Positions 1 to 12,093 of a stretch of DNA of 64,000 nt are shown here, one piece after another. The notes beneath the pieces are model-generated. The model saw only the letters and a program-made list of their open reading frames with translations, had not been told where the DNA came from and searched no databases. Numbering within the stretch: the first letter of the stretch is position 1; each line of letters starts with the position of its first letter. Both the position numbers and the translations under genes were made by a program. Origin of the DNA: Enoplolaimus lenunculus. Taxonomy: Eukaryota. Location of the stretch: positions 434,001 to 498,000 of the forward strand of contig JASANG010000273.1 in NCBI GenBank assembly GCA_030248215.1. The letters run 5' to 3'.

Positions 1-380
1 TTGAGAATATGAGCCTAGATAGCAGAACTTTGTACCCACATTACTGTTTAGATTATAATCTAATTAACCTCAGCTTAAACTAAGCCTGTTTAATAATTTG
101 TCATTTCGTATCCGCTAGAAAATTATCAACCTGCGTCATGGGTTCGAGCCCCACCGCATCCGCAGCAAAATTTTCGTGAAGTGTTCTACATGATTTTGCT
201 TCACTTTACAATCAAACTAAGCTTGTTTAATATTTTCTCATTTCGTGACCACTAGAAAATTTTCAACCTTGCTTGTAAAACTCCGAAAACCCTTTTATAT
301 GCCCCTCTTGAAAATTTTTTAGCCTCCCTTGCAAGGTAACCTGGCTACGGGCCTGCCTAGCCATGAACCAATAAAAGTTC

Positions 381-585
381 TGGCCTATGTAAAGAACAGG
401 GGCGGAACTGTATTATACGCATATTCCTAAGCCTAAGCCTAAGCCTAAACCGAAGCCTAAGCGCAAGAATCATATTTCTAAGCCTAAGTCTAAGCCTAAA
501 GCAAAAAATTAATAGTCTAAAGCTTAAACTTACTCAATTGCAGTCTCACAGAAAAACGTTCTGCTCCTGATCTTTACATGGGCCA
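381..585. mobile_element. MITE with ~28-bp GGCC-type TIRs and internal telomere-type (GCCTAA)n repeats
   Basis: Left end tggcctatgtaaagaacaggggcggaac; right end reverse complement tggcccatgtaaagatcaggagcagaac; internal cctaagcctaagcctaagcctaa. Related copies at about 843-1059, 2031-2209, 7222-7404, 24159-24325, 28630-28728, 32561-33283, 49705-49792 and 55711-55872. Confidence 0.8.
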
Positions 586-1858
586 AACTTCTAATATACT
601 AGGTTGAGTATATTTCTAATATTTCCGGGAAAGCGGATGTGTAACTTCCAACAAGCAGCTACAAATTATATATATGTCGAAATTTCTCGAGGACCGCAAC
701 GCCCTATTTATTTCTTTATGACGAGTTTTCTTTGATATTCTATAATCACATTGCAGAATTCTTAACCTAGACTATTGTAGCGCGGCAGAAAGTGTATGAA
801 CCTTTCGCACAAGGATTGAAAACACGTTTTCTAACCAGTGAGCAGCCCATGTCAATATATATGGGCACCCACCCATAACAGTGTCAATGCTACTTTGACT
901 TTGAGCGGCGTTTAAATATAAGCATATTTTTAAGCCTAAGCGTCGGCGTAAAAAGAAGCATATAACTGAGGAGCCAAAGCAAAAAATAGCCTCAAGCTTA
1001 AGTTAACTCTATTTCAGTCACGCTGGAAAAACGGCACGCCCTTTACAGTAACATTGGCCTGATATAAAGACGACCGGTGGACTTGGACTGGAAGGCTTAT
1101 TTTTAAGCTTTACGCTTAATAGGTATACGCTTAAACTTATTGTTTAATATGCTTAGACTAGGCTTCGTTGTTACACCCTTATGAATCCAATGGGTCATGA
1201 CAAACAACTTTCACAACGTAAAACTGATAAAACTTGATTCGTTGAGCTAAGAAAGATCGTAGCGTTCACATACTAATTACAAAGTGACCAACAAACCAAG
1301 AAGCTCATGTTTTATACTGTTACCTCGTAAATTTATTAAAATAATAATAAAATAAGAAACAGATCAAAAAGATGAAAAAAAATCACAAATGATAAGATTT
1401 CAATACAAAAAATTCAGTTCCATGAAATACAAGACTACAGTTCTTTCCCTTGATTCCATACAAATTGTTTGTTCTGATGAGATCCGCCTTAGTTTGGTCT
1501 ATCAATTTCAGTTAGAAACTGTGTTAATTTCGGTTTCAAAACAAGAATTATTGATCAATTAGCAGGACAGGCACACGGTAACTTCTATACACACTGGAAG
1601 GCAGGACGTTATGTAATTTTAATTCATTATTATTATTTTAGCCTCCAGTAGCGTTTTAGAACAATTATTAATTACCAAATAAGGACGCTACATAGTAAAA
1701 CTTCTTTGCACGCATAAATGAACCAAGTTCAAACTTTAATTTACATACCATCTTCACCAAGATTTCATCAATTTCTTAAAAGTATTTTTTAATAATGATA
1801 TCAAATCTGCAATTATGTCGTTAAACCAACGGGAACACTTCGAAGAAATTCGATACCG

Positions 1859-3055
1859 TTAAACATCACTTATGAGTTGTGAAGATCCTCCGGTTCTGGC
1901 CCAATGAATATGGCACAATTGGCAGAGTAAATGACCGTCAAGCGGATAACAGCGACGTTCTGATTCATCTGTTAGCTGGAGACCGCAAGCCTAAAACAAA
2001 GCTACGCGATAAAGCACGTTAAATTCTTGAGACCCATGTTACTTGTAGGACGGCCCCGTTTTGTGGTACAACTGCAAAAACGTGGGTTTAGATTTAGACT
2101 ACAGTTTTTCTTTGGGCTTAGACTTTAGTCTTACACTTTTTTCAATATCTATGCTTTGTCTTTTGAATATGCTTAATCTACAGTTACGATTATCGAAGTA
2201 ACATTGGTCATTTATGCGATATGATAGACCTCCGATTTGATACCGTTATGGAATAAAAGAACGCCTACCGATACGTTATTTGAGTATCGTTGGAGCCAAT
2301 CATGTAAAAACGATAGAAGAAACTAATTTGCGAGCTCTCGCAACCCTGAACCACCCTCTTCCCCAATCTCAAAAGACGTTAAGCATGATGGTTACGCTGC
2401 CACCCAAGCTCACAAACTAAAAGGTTTTCATACTAGCACGCCAAAAATACTGTATCGATGTACTGATAACCCAATCAAATAAAATATTGTTCTATGAGGG
2501 GGCAGATTTTTCCTTGCGAAGCGAAGTTGAAAGTGACAAATTTTGTAACAACTAAATTTCAAACTTCGAGCTTACTTCGCATACAAAACAATCAATATGA
2601 TAGTCTTTATTCATTGACACAACCCGTGCAGTTTCATTTGTTCCCTAAAATTTTAAAATTAAACGTGTACGAAAATTCCAAAAAAATTATTATTTCGTTC
2701 TGTACCATGAAATTATTATCGTTCAAGTTCGAATTAAGAGCAAAAGCTATAGCTATGCACCGCTGCAGTTATGTTAGAAACCTTGAACTGAATACTTGTA
2801 TAATTTTCAATATGTATAACCCTGCTTGCGATTTCAGTAGGTTTTGTTCAACGATAAAGGTTGACATTTAAAATTTGCAGCAAAAACAGTATAATTCTAA
2901 TTGGGGAAATTAATATTTTGGTGGAAATTTTACTAGCTTTATTTCTGTCTATGAGTTGAGAAGTTTAAAATCTTAATCGAATTTGAGATTAATATAGACT
3001 TTATTATCATTATTATTATTTTAATAATAAAAATAATAATTATAATTATATATAA

Positions 3056-3086
<31 letters not shown>

Positions 3087-3146
3087 AATTATTATTATTA
3101 GTAGTAGTACTATTATTATCATTATCATCATTATTATTATTATTAC

Positions 3147-3228
<82 letters not shown>

Positions 3229-6200
3229 GCGATCATTTGCTTTGTAACTTAAACAGTATGAATGTTCATGAATTTTAACATTCGTACGCATCGAAAATAC
3301 TGAAAACAAAATACTAACCGGTAAAGGCAAGATTGGTTTTGAGCATGCAGAACAATATGGTGCAAATTTTCTGTAAAAAAATCAAAAAATATTAAAGTGA
3401 TATTTTCACTGAAGTCCAAATGTACTCTTTATAAGAGTTACCAATTGAATAATGGTCAATACCAAATTTCCTCGTGTATTAATCAGCAGTAGCGAATCCA
3501 CAAATTTCTAAGAGCGAGAAACGCGCAAGATATTCTTGGGGGCCAAATTCTTGAGCGAAGCTAGCTAGATGCCAAACCTCATTTTAGTGCTAAACCTTAA
3601 TACGAAATTTTGGTTTTGATCTTTGTTAGGACGCCTATGCCGGGTGGATATAATTGGATAGCCCTAAATCTTAATCGGATATCAATATATACTGAAGACT
3701 GGTTGTTGAAAGCTGTTTTCACGCGTTAATGAAAACACTTTACATACGACGTTCATATCAACGAACAGTGCTTCAGTCAGCAATGGTTTTACCGACGTGG
3801 AATCGAACCCGGAACAATTGATTATAAATCGCCAAAAACAATCACTCCAAAGTTGGCGTATTTTCGAACACAGCTATTTAAACAAAGTTCTACTAGTAAA
3901 CCGACGAATTTTGACCAAACTTTACTTATGATAACAATCAACACAGTAAACAATGTCAGATTTGTCCACTGTAAACGGAACACCGTCTAAACATTTTCGG
4001 CACATTTTGCACGTGAAACATTTCGGATGAAACGAACGGCCAACTGCTTGCAAAATCTAAAAAAATACTCCGAAATTACAAAATTACCTACGAGAAAATA
4101 AGACTTTCATCTTTGAAACATAACTTTAACCCTTTCTCACATAAATATTTCCTATTTCCCCTGAGACCTGCTTTTATGCTAGGATTCGAACTCCAGTGAC
4201 TGGAGTGGGAGGCGCATATAATCACCACTCAGCTATAGGAGCTTGACGCTCGAGCCCGACGGGGCTCTCACGTCTTGTGGTGATTTAGTACTATGTATAC
4301 GTGTTGCAAATTTTAAACACAAAGCGAGGTATGTTATTTAACGTATATACACTGCGCTAAGTTGCCTATAGGCAAGTCAATGTGAGAAGAGGTTAAAATT
4401 TGACATAAACAAAATTTGCACAATAAACCGGTAAGATTATTTCGCAAAATAGTGGAAACGGCTACAAGTTTGAAGCTCGGAGATGAGTTTTGTAGGACAT
4501 ACTTTCGGGCGACTTGTTACAGTGCAGTATAATAATAATAATAGAAAGAAATTAAAACCATGCCCCGTATTTTCAGATGCATATATCACTTATATCACCA
4601 GTTAGTGATAGGTCTTGAAACTGACTAATTGCTGTAATTGCGGATCAGCGAATTTACACAGACGTACAATAGATAGAATGCATGCAAAAATGCGCTGAAT
4701 TTCAACTCATTTCATTTATTTTCTGATTTGAATGTCACAAGATTTATATCCAGCTGCTGAGAGGTACTACGGACATTTAAGAATAGGGGCACATATCCTG
4801 AATTTTTAACCTTAGAGTATGATCGCGGTAAATTACGTATTCACTAGAAAAAGTTAAATCAAACCGTAGAAAGCAAATTTTGCCAAAACTACATAGTGTA
4901 AATGACCTATAAATATCGGAAAAACGGGGCACCTCAAAAAGTAGATCGACGACAATTCACCGCCCGACCAGTTAACGCACGACGCGACTATGTCCTGAGC
5001 CAAAACATAATTCTAAGCCGTAGCCTAAGCATAATGATGGATGACTAATAGTCACTAGACGCAGATTTCAGATTACAAGTTGTCGGGCGGGGAATTGTGA
5101 TGACTAGGGCACATTTTCTGAAATGTGTAAGGCAACCGTCATCAGATTCAATGGTTCGAAAGTAACAAGATCTGTCACTGACTAATGATAAGTGCTACAC
5201 ATTTGAGACAACCGGCCCTGAAAGTAACATGAACCTGTACACAAAACTATTGAAAATCAAGCAATTTTCAAAAAGCGGTGTGAACTTACCATCTCTGCAA
5301 TAGGATGACGACACGTTGCACAACGCTCTATTCCTTCACGAAATCCAAAATACTGAAACAAAGTTATGAAAAGTCAGAAAACTATGACATTTTGGCCACA
5401 AAGTTAATATTTAACCTATTTTAAACCGTATTAGCTAAGCAAAAACTTTGCAGTATTAGTATTCAAATTATTGATCCAGTACCCTTATTCTAAACATGAT
5501 CACACATAAGCGTACCTATTGAAAAAATCTCCCAAAATTTTTGGAAACATGAAAAAGCACATTTAACAGGCTTTAGAATAACCTCCGCAGGAGAAGCCAA
5601 AAATTATGTTATACTCTCGTGAACTGATATCCTGGCTACACCTTGATTCTCCACTGTATAATATGAACTTTTATTACTAGTTTGTGATTAGTGCTGCGAA
5701 AAGTACAATTGCTTGTTTGCATTCTCTGAATCCAAGGGACACATTCAGTTTGTACAGAAACTTGAAAATATGTATGTAATCGTTGTATTATTAGTTTTGT
5801 CAAGAGTCGATAGTGACCCTAGACAAAAAATGCAACAGAGAAAATATTCCGTGGTACTAAATGTACCACCGGACTGTGCGTTTTTGGACCGCCTCCGCCT
5901 TATTTTTAGGAGGGGTGCATAGCTAACGCTTGACACGAAGAATAAGCCCATGCCTAAGCCTAAACCTAACCCTGAGGTTTAGTCCATGGGTCATTTAAGT
6001 TCTAATCTATGCTTAAACCAAAGCCTGCTCTTAAAACCTAAGCGTAAATCAAGCCCAAGCCTAAGCCTAAGCCTAAGCCTAAGCGTAATGGGATTTTGGA
6101 TTTCGTGATATGGTCGAAGGTTGGATGCCCCTGAAGCCTAAGCCTAAGCCTAAGCCTAAACCTAAGCCTAAGCCTAAGATTTTACCAAAGGGTCGTTTAG

Positions 6201-9200
6201 GATCTGATCCATGTTTAAATGAAATCCTATTTTTAAAGCCAAAGCCTATGTTATTTACGGCGTAAACTTTGCTTAGCAAAAACCTGAGCCTGCTCCGAAA
6301 GCTAAAGCCTAAACCTATGCCCAAGCATAAGCCTATGCCCAAGCCTAAGCCTAAGTCTATGATTTAGCCTGAATGTCATTTAAGATTTAATCTGTTTTAC
6401 CAAAGCCCATTCGTAAAGTCTCAGCCTAAGCCTAAGCTTATGCCTGAAGCTTGAGCTTAAACCTAAGCTTAAGCCTACGATAAGCCGTATCCTAAGACGA
6501 AGTTTAAGCCGAAGGCTAAGGCATCTCTAAAGTTTATATATCTAAGCTTTGCAGCTTTTGACCAGATCCTATACCTAAACGCCTAATTCTCACCTAAGCC
6601 TAAGACGGAACCTTGCCTATTCCTAAACCTAATCTTGAGCCAAAGAATTGCCTAATCCTAAAACTAAGGCCTAAGACTTAGCCAAAGAAATTGCTTGCAA
6701 TGAATTCTACTGAAATCACAAAATCCCAAAAAGCCACCACAAACAAGAGCTATCAATTTTTCAGCTGGGACGGTGGGATTTTAGGACTGTAGTCAAGTAT
6801 ACATATGCCGAATGATCAATCTAACCTTATAGTCTTCTTCACAATATACTTTATCTCCAACGTTATAGAAAGCTTTTCCTTTGAGCGATCGATCTGAAAA
6901 TACACGTAATTATAACATTCAACCAATAGCCGAGAAAATTTCTGATCGGACCCTGAGATTAATTTTTGTTGCTCAGCATCAACAAGAGTTCATGAAATGC
7001 GTGGGTCAGGATATATTTCCACATTCAAAACGGTCACTTCTGAAACGTTTATTATAAGTCCCTTCTATTCGCGGACCCTCAATCTTCAAAGTACTGGTCT
7101 CCCTCCACTAGGACTTGGTTCTGCAGTAATTAATCTGCTTTCGCAAATGTCTATGAGCACTTATATTTTAAATTTTAATTTGCATACTTTCACAGAAATC
7201 TATTCCTTGACTGTTCCGGCCGATGCATAGAATAGGGTCGTAACAGTAGTATTAGTAAATTCTTATAAGCCTGAGCCCAAGCCTAAGCCTAAGCATAACG
7301 ATAAGTCAATACATAAGCCTAAGCAAAAATGATTTTGTTTTAACCTTAAACCGTACTCTATTGCAGTTTGCAGAACAACGGTCTGCTCCTCATGTTTACA
7401 TGGACAACTGTTCCGGAGTGAAAATCAATTATATACACGGAAACTTAACTTTGACAAGCAAATTATTATTTAGCACCAGACAAAACATCTTACGAAAATT
7501 TTGTAGTTGTGATACGCGCAGCTCTGCACCGTAAGAATTACTTGTTTGCCCCGTCCTAATCGCTTATCCAGCTGGTCCGCAGCTAAAGGGGCTCCGTCCT
7601 AATCGCTTATCCAGCTGGTCCGCAGCTAAAGGGGCTCAACCATCGTAGAAAAATTTAGCTCTTCCACGTGGCAGATAATTATATAGCACTTTTGCTGACA
7701 GCAATTTCCGATCCTTGCATGTCCGTTCTGAAATTCTCCCCCTTTATCACTTGGAGTTGGCTAGTAATCATACGACTTGGACAGCAATGAAACGCCGAAA
7801 GACAGAAATTCATTTGCTCAAAAAGTCGGTGGGTGGGTCCAGACTCCCCTGGTTCACGCGCCTATATCATTTTCAAGGCGATGATTTCGTGCAAAATCAA
7901 CAACTAACGGTATCATGACAATTCTTCGCGCTGCAACTCGTCGACTGATCACTTGTATTCCGAAATATCGTCGACACAACAATTTGTCACAGCCAATTAT
8001 TCTTAGCGTAAATAATACGCTCAGGATTATGCTTAAACTTAGGACACTGTCGGTCGACGAATTACCGTAGGTTCAAGAATACCAGATTTTCAATTTTAAA
8101 CATACCGCAACCAGAACACAAAAAACAACTGGCGTGATAAGTTTGACCCATTGCAGTACAGGCATCGCGTTCTGTAGTTATAGACTCCTGACATTTGAAA
8201 CAATTTCCTGCAATCAAAGTGTTCAACTTAATTCCACGGTTGTAAACAAAGCGGAATATGTGCAGTATATTTACCAGGGTGCGACCGGATACCAAATAAC
8301 ACCGAAACTGGAACCGGAAATGAGTAGTGAAATATGCAGCCAAAGCCGGAACCAGATACACAAACCGGACATTAACACATATATATTTCAATAAAAAGTA
8401 AACCTTTAATTTGGGGATGTGTCGATACCAAAATTTTTACCGATGCCGATACCGATGCCAATTTTTATTTTGAAATTTTGCCGATGCCGAACCGATGCCG
8501 ATGCCAATTCTAACTTTAGTACACCATGCTTAATAAACAGATAGGATACTAAATTATATACATTATTAGACTTAAACCCTAGCCATCATTAAACGATTAT
8601 AATTTTAGGTGAACGGTTCATTTCAATTAATTTTTTCATACACAAATACAAGAAATATATCACTTTTCCTGACCGGACATACTGATATGCGCTTAGAAAT
8701 GAAATTGATAGCATTCAAACTGACTGTTACGTGCAAAAAGTATCGGCAAAGAATCGGCAATTTTTCTGCAGTGCCGATGCCGATGCCGATACTCACGAAA
8801 ACTGCCGATTATTACCGATGCCGATACCGATTAATCGGCACATCCCTACCTTTAATCAGGCTAATTAAGTACTGATTTACGTGTATAATTTGTTACTATT
8901 TTGTATACAAGTCGTACTATTTTGTTTCCATCCAAGTCGCTGTGATATATTGTAACTTTGTTCATAAATACCAACACAATACAGGGTTAAGGTATAAATT
9001 CCAGAGATAAGTATCTGGCAACTTATAATATCGGAACCGGACGTAAATATTTTTGCCCAAGTCTGAGCTGCAAGCGAACTTTCTGTCGCACCCTTGATAT
9101 ATAATGTCCGAAATTTCTTGAGGAAAGAGCAATATAGTCAGTATATTTATCGCTTGTTTCGCTTGTTAAAACGTTCATATGCTGTTTTACGCTCTCGCAA

Positions 9201-12057
9201 ACTGAAATCCTGGTTACGTCTCTGAGAGTTCAGCATATGCGGAAGGTCAACAAATTTTTCGGACGAACTATTTTTAGCGAATAACGCCGTTGATCTAGTT
9301 ATATCTTTTACCTTGCTGGGTTTTCCTATTTTGACTCATTGTCATTATAGAGGTGTAGTCACGAAGTCTAAGAATAAAGCTAAGCCTACATCTAAACCTG
9401 ACCTAAAAACAGAAGTCTAAACATAAGTCTAATCCTAAGCCTCTATTAGTCTTTAAGTTCTCTAGTCTTCCTCTCTTGCAGAGGGCAGGCACCTATGATT
9501 GAGGTAAGCCACCATTTCAACAAGTTACCAAAGTTTGTCGTGGTATTGGCGTCCGTATCAGTTTCAATATGCCTCGTAAGTTGTGTCCGTTGTTCTTCAC
9601 TGAACGCTCCCCAACGAGTTGCTAGCGTTGTTGTTCCCCGAGCCGGACTCGAATAAAACTTCGATTGACTTGCAGTTGAACTAGAGACAGACTTAGACGG
9701 CGTCGTTGAAAGTAGTTGAGATCGATCTGCAAATAAAATATATAGAGTGCGTATTACGTCAAAATGTGAATGTCAATAACATTACCTTTCACTGATCTCA
9801 AGCGACGATCGTGTAGAAGTAACCATATGTCACATGATACGATAGGACATTTATGTGAATATCATATGATATTCCAAAATTCCACGAAGTTTGAAGCGAT
9901 ACTGCGTAGGAGAATGTAATTTGTGCAAAATAATAAGGAATTTTTACCGTATATTCCTAAGCACAAGTAATTTACATTTTAATTTTAGTATCATATGAAA
10001 TTCTAGAGATCATTCAGGCATGTTCACAACTTTGCAGCAAGAACGTAGCTGATTCAATATGCTGGGGGGGGGGGCTATAATTGTTTCAGGATGGGCATGG
10101 AAGGTTTCACACGATTTACAAGCGAGATTGAAGCGCTTCCAAGTTCGGGGGGTCAAAATTTTTCAGCGTGATCTGAGCCTCCCCTGGCCCCCTCGTGCTT
10201 CGGGCCCGCTTTGAAGAGATGTTCAAACATGTCATATGATATTGAGAGGCAATATTTTAAATATTATTTGATATTGCAGTGTAAACAGTGAACGTCCCAT
10301 CAGGATAGCAGACAACTCAATTTATTCTTATTACAGCGGATTTACGTTCAGATAATCTGTACCCGCTATTGCTCCCGCTGTTGTAACAGGAATAAAACAT
10401 GTTGCAGGTCGCCCTAGTAATAACGTGAACCCCGCATTTCCGCTTACTTTGCTTCTGTTTGACATTTGTCGTTAACTGTGACACATCATCTGTGCCCAGA
10501 CATTTTCTGAGTTCGCTGTACGTCAGCTTATTCTCTCCTCGTTGACCGGAAGTAAGGCTACGTGTATCCGCCGGAAGTTGGGGATCTTGGAATGAAACGT
10601 GATTTCGAGGTGGTAGCTTTCCACCACCACCAGGTCGGTTTTGCTCAGACGGGAGTGAAACGTTCAGTGACCCGTTGTTTGGTTTTGAAACCGCTTTGGA
10701 AACTGAAATAGTTTGCAGCATTTAAATTCGGTCCTTTTGCGGCTTAACGTGCCAAGGTACAGGTGTTTCTTAAGGCCTATATTAATTATAAGGGCCTACC
10801 CACTGGGAGACTTTGGGAGTTGCGGACTTAGTTAATGGAATCCTTACGCTTAGGATTTGGTTTAGGATGAGGCTATGTTTAGGTTCAGACTAGGCATACG
10901 TTTGGGCTTTCGTTTAGGCTTTAGGCTTAGGTTTAGGTTATCTTTAGGTTTAGGATTTGGCTTAGGTGTAGGCAGGCCCCTAGACCGGTGTAAATTTAGC
11001 GCACTGTGTTGGTGGGTCCCATGTCCTCAACTCCTGCACACCCTCTAGACTGCAGAAAAGGGGGAGAAAACTGAGCTTGTTTACAGAACTACCCAAATGA
11101 ACTTAATCATGGTTCGTGTTTTAAGGGGATGGATACAACGGGATAAATCACTTCGAAATTTCTGGAGAAGCGAGAAAAAATATGTTTAACACAAATTATA
11201 ATAACCTTCTAGATATTTCAGATTTCAAAAAATTTTCAAACAAAGTTATCCTCTGCCTAAGTAAAATTCTGGCTACGCTCCTGCTAGGATCGCAATACTG
11301 GATCAAATTTGACCTGTCGGACAGTCAGATTCAACCTGGGCTCTACTGTTAAGTCTCGCAAAGTCTCAGTTGAACTCACAAATTCTTGCAGCATACAGTG
11401 GTGGATCCAGAAATTTCTAACGGTCGCGCGCACAATATATATTTTGTGAAAAAATCTTACGAGCAAAGCGAGCGAGCAGCCAAACGCAACTTTTGGGGAA
11501 CAAAAGTTAACATTTGTAAGGTTCAACCTTACGATTTTGGACAATTCGAAATACCTTTTAAATTTTCGTTTCCACGTTGATCGCGGTAATTCTGTCTACT
11601 GCACCGCGTCAAAACGGTGTTGGTTGTGGTAGAAATTTCTCGAGGGAACTTTCTAATATACGGTGGAGTGATATCCATTTCTGACGATGGGATGCGGTCA
11701 ACAATTATGCCGTGTCTGACTCGGGAAGGCGTTGAATGATGAGACGCCTGCTGGAGTTGTGGTTCGCTTAACAGGTCGTCTAAACTGTGCGTTGTTCGTT
11801 TCATTGGTCGCGTGTTTGCGGTTTTGTTGTTGTTGTTGTTGTTGTTGCCGTTGTTGTTGTTGTTGCCGTTGTTGTTGTTGTTGTTGTTGGTGGTGGTGTT
11901 GTTGGTGTTGTTGTTGTTGTTGTTGCCGTTGTTGTTGTTGTTGTTGTTGGTGGTGTTGTTGGTGTTGTTGTTGTTGTTGTTGTTGTTGTTGCCGTTGTTG
12001 TTGTTGTTGGTGGTGGTGTTGTTGGTGTTGTTGTTGTTGTTGTTGTTGTTGTTGCCG

Positions 12058-12093
<36 letters not shown>

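Noticed and set aside
100..165. tRNA gene (B box ggttcgagccc); similar at ~3790-3815 and A-box-like at ~40730-40780
   Set aside because: No complete cloverleaf could be built; at most SINE or pseudo-tRNA remnants.
3021..3330. Poly-Ile / poly-Asn ORFs
   Set aside because: Translations of the intronic (ATT)n microsatellite; only 3319-3370 is a real exon.
6079..6342. ORF with LGLGLG repeats
   Set aside because: Translation of (TTAGGC)n; no independent coding evidence.
5950..6690. True chromosome end or telomere-addition site
   Set aside because: The repeats are degenerate, internal, and within an intron of a gene that continues on both sides.
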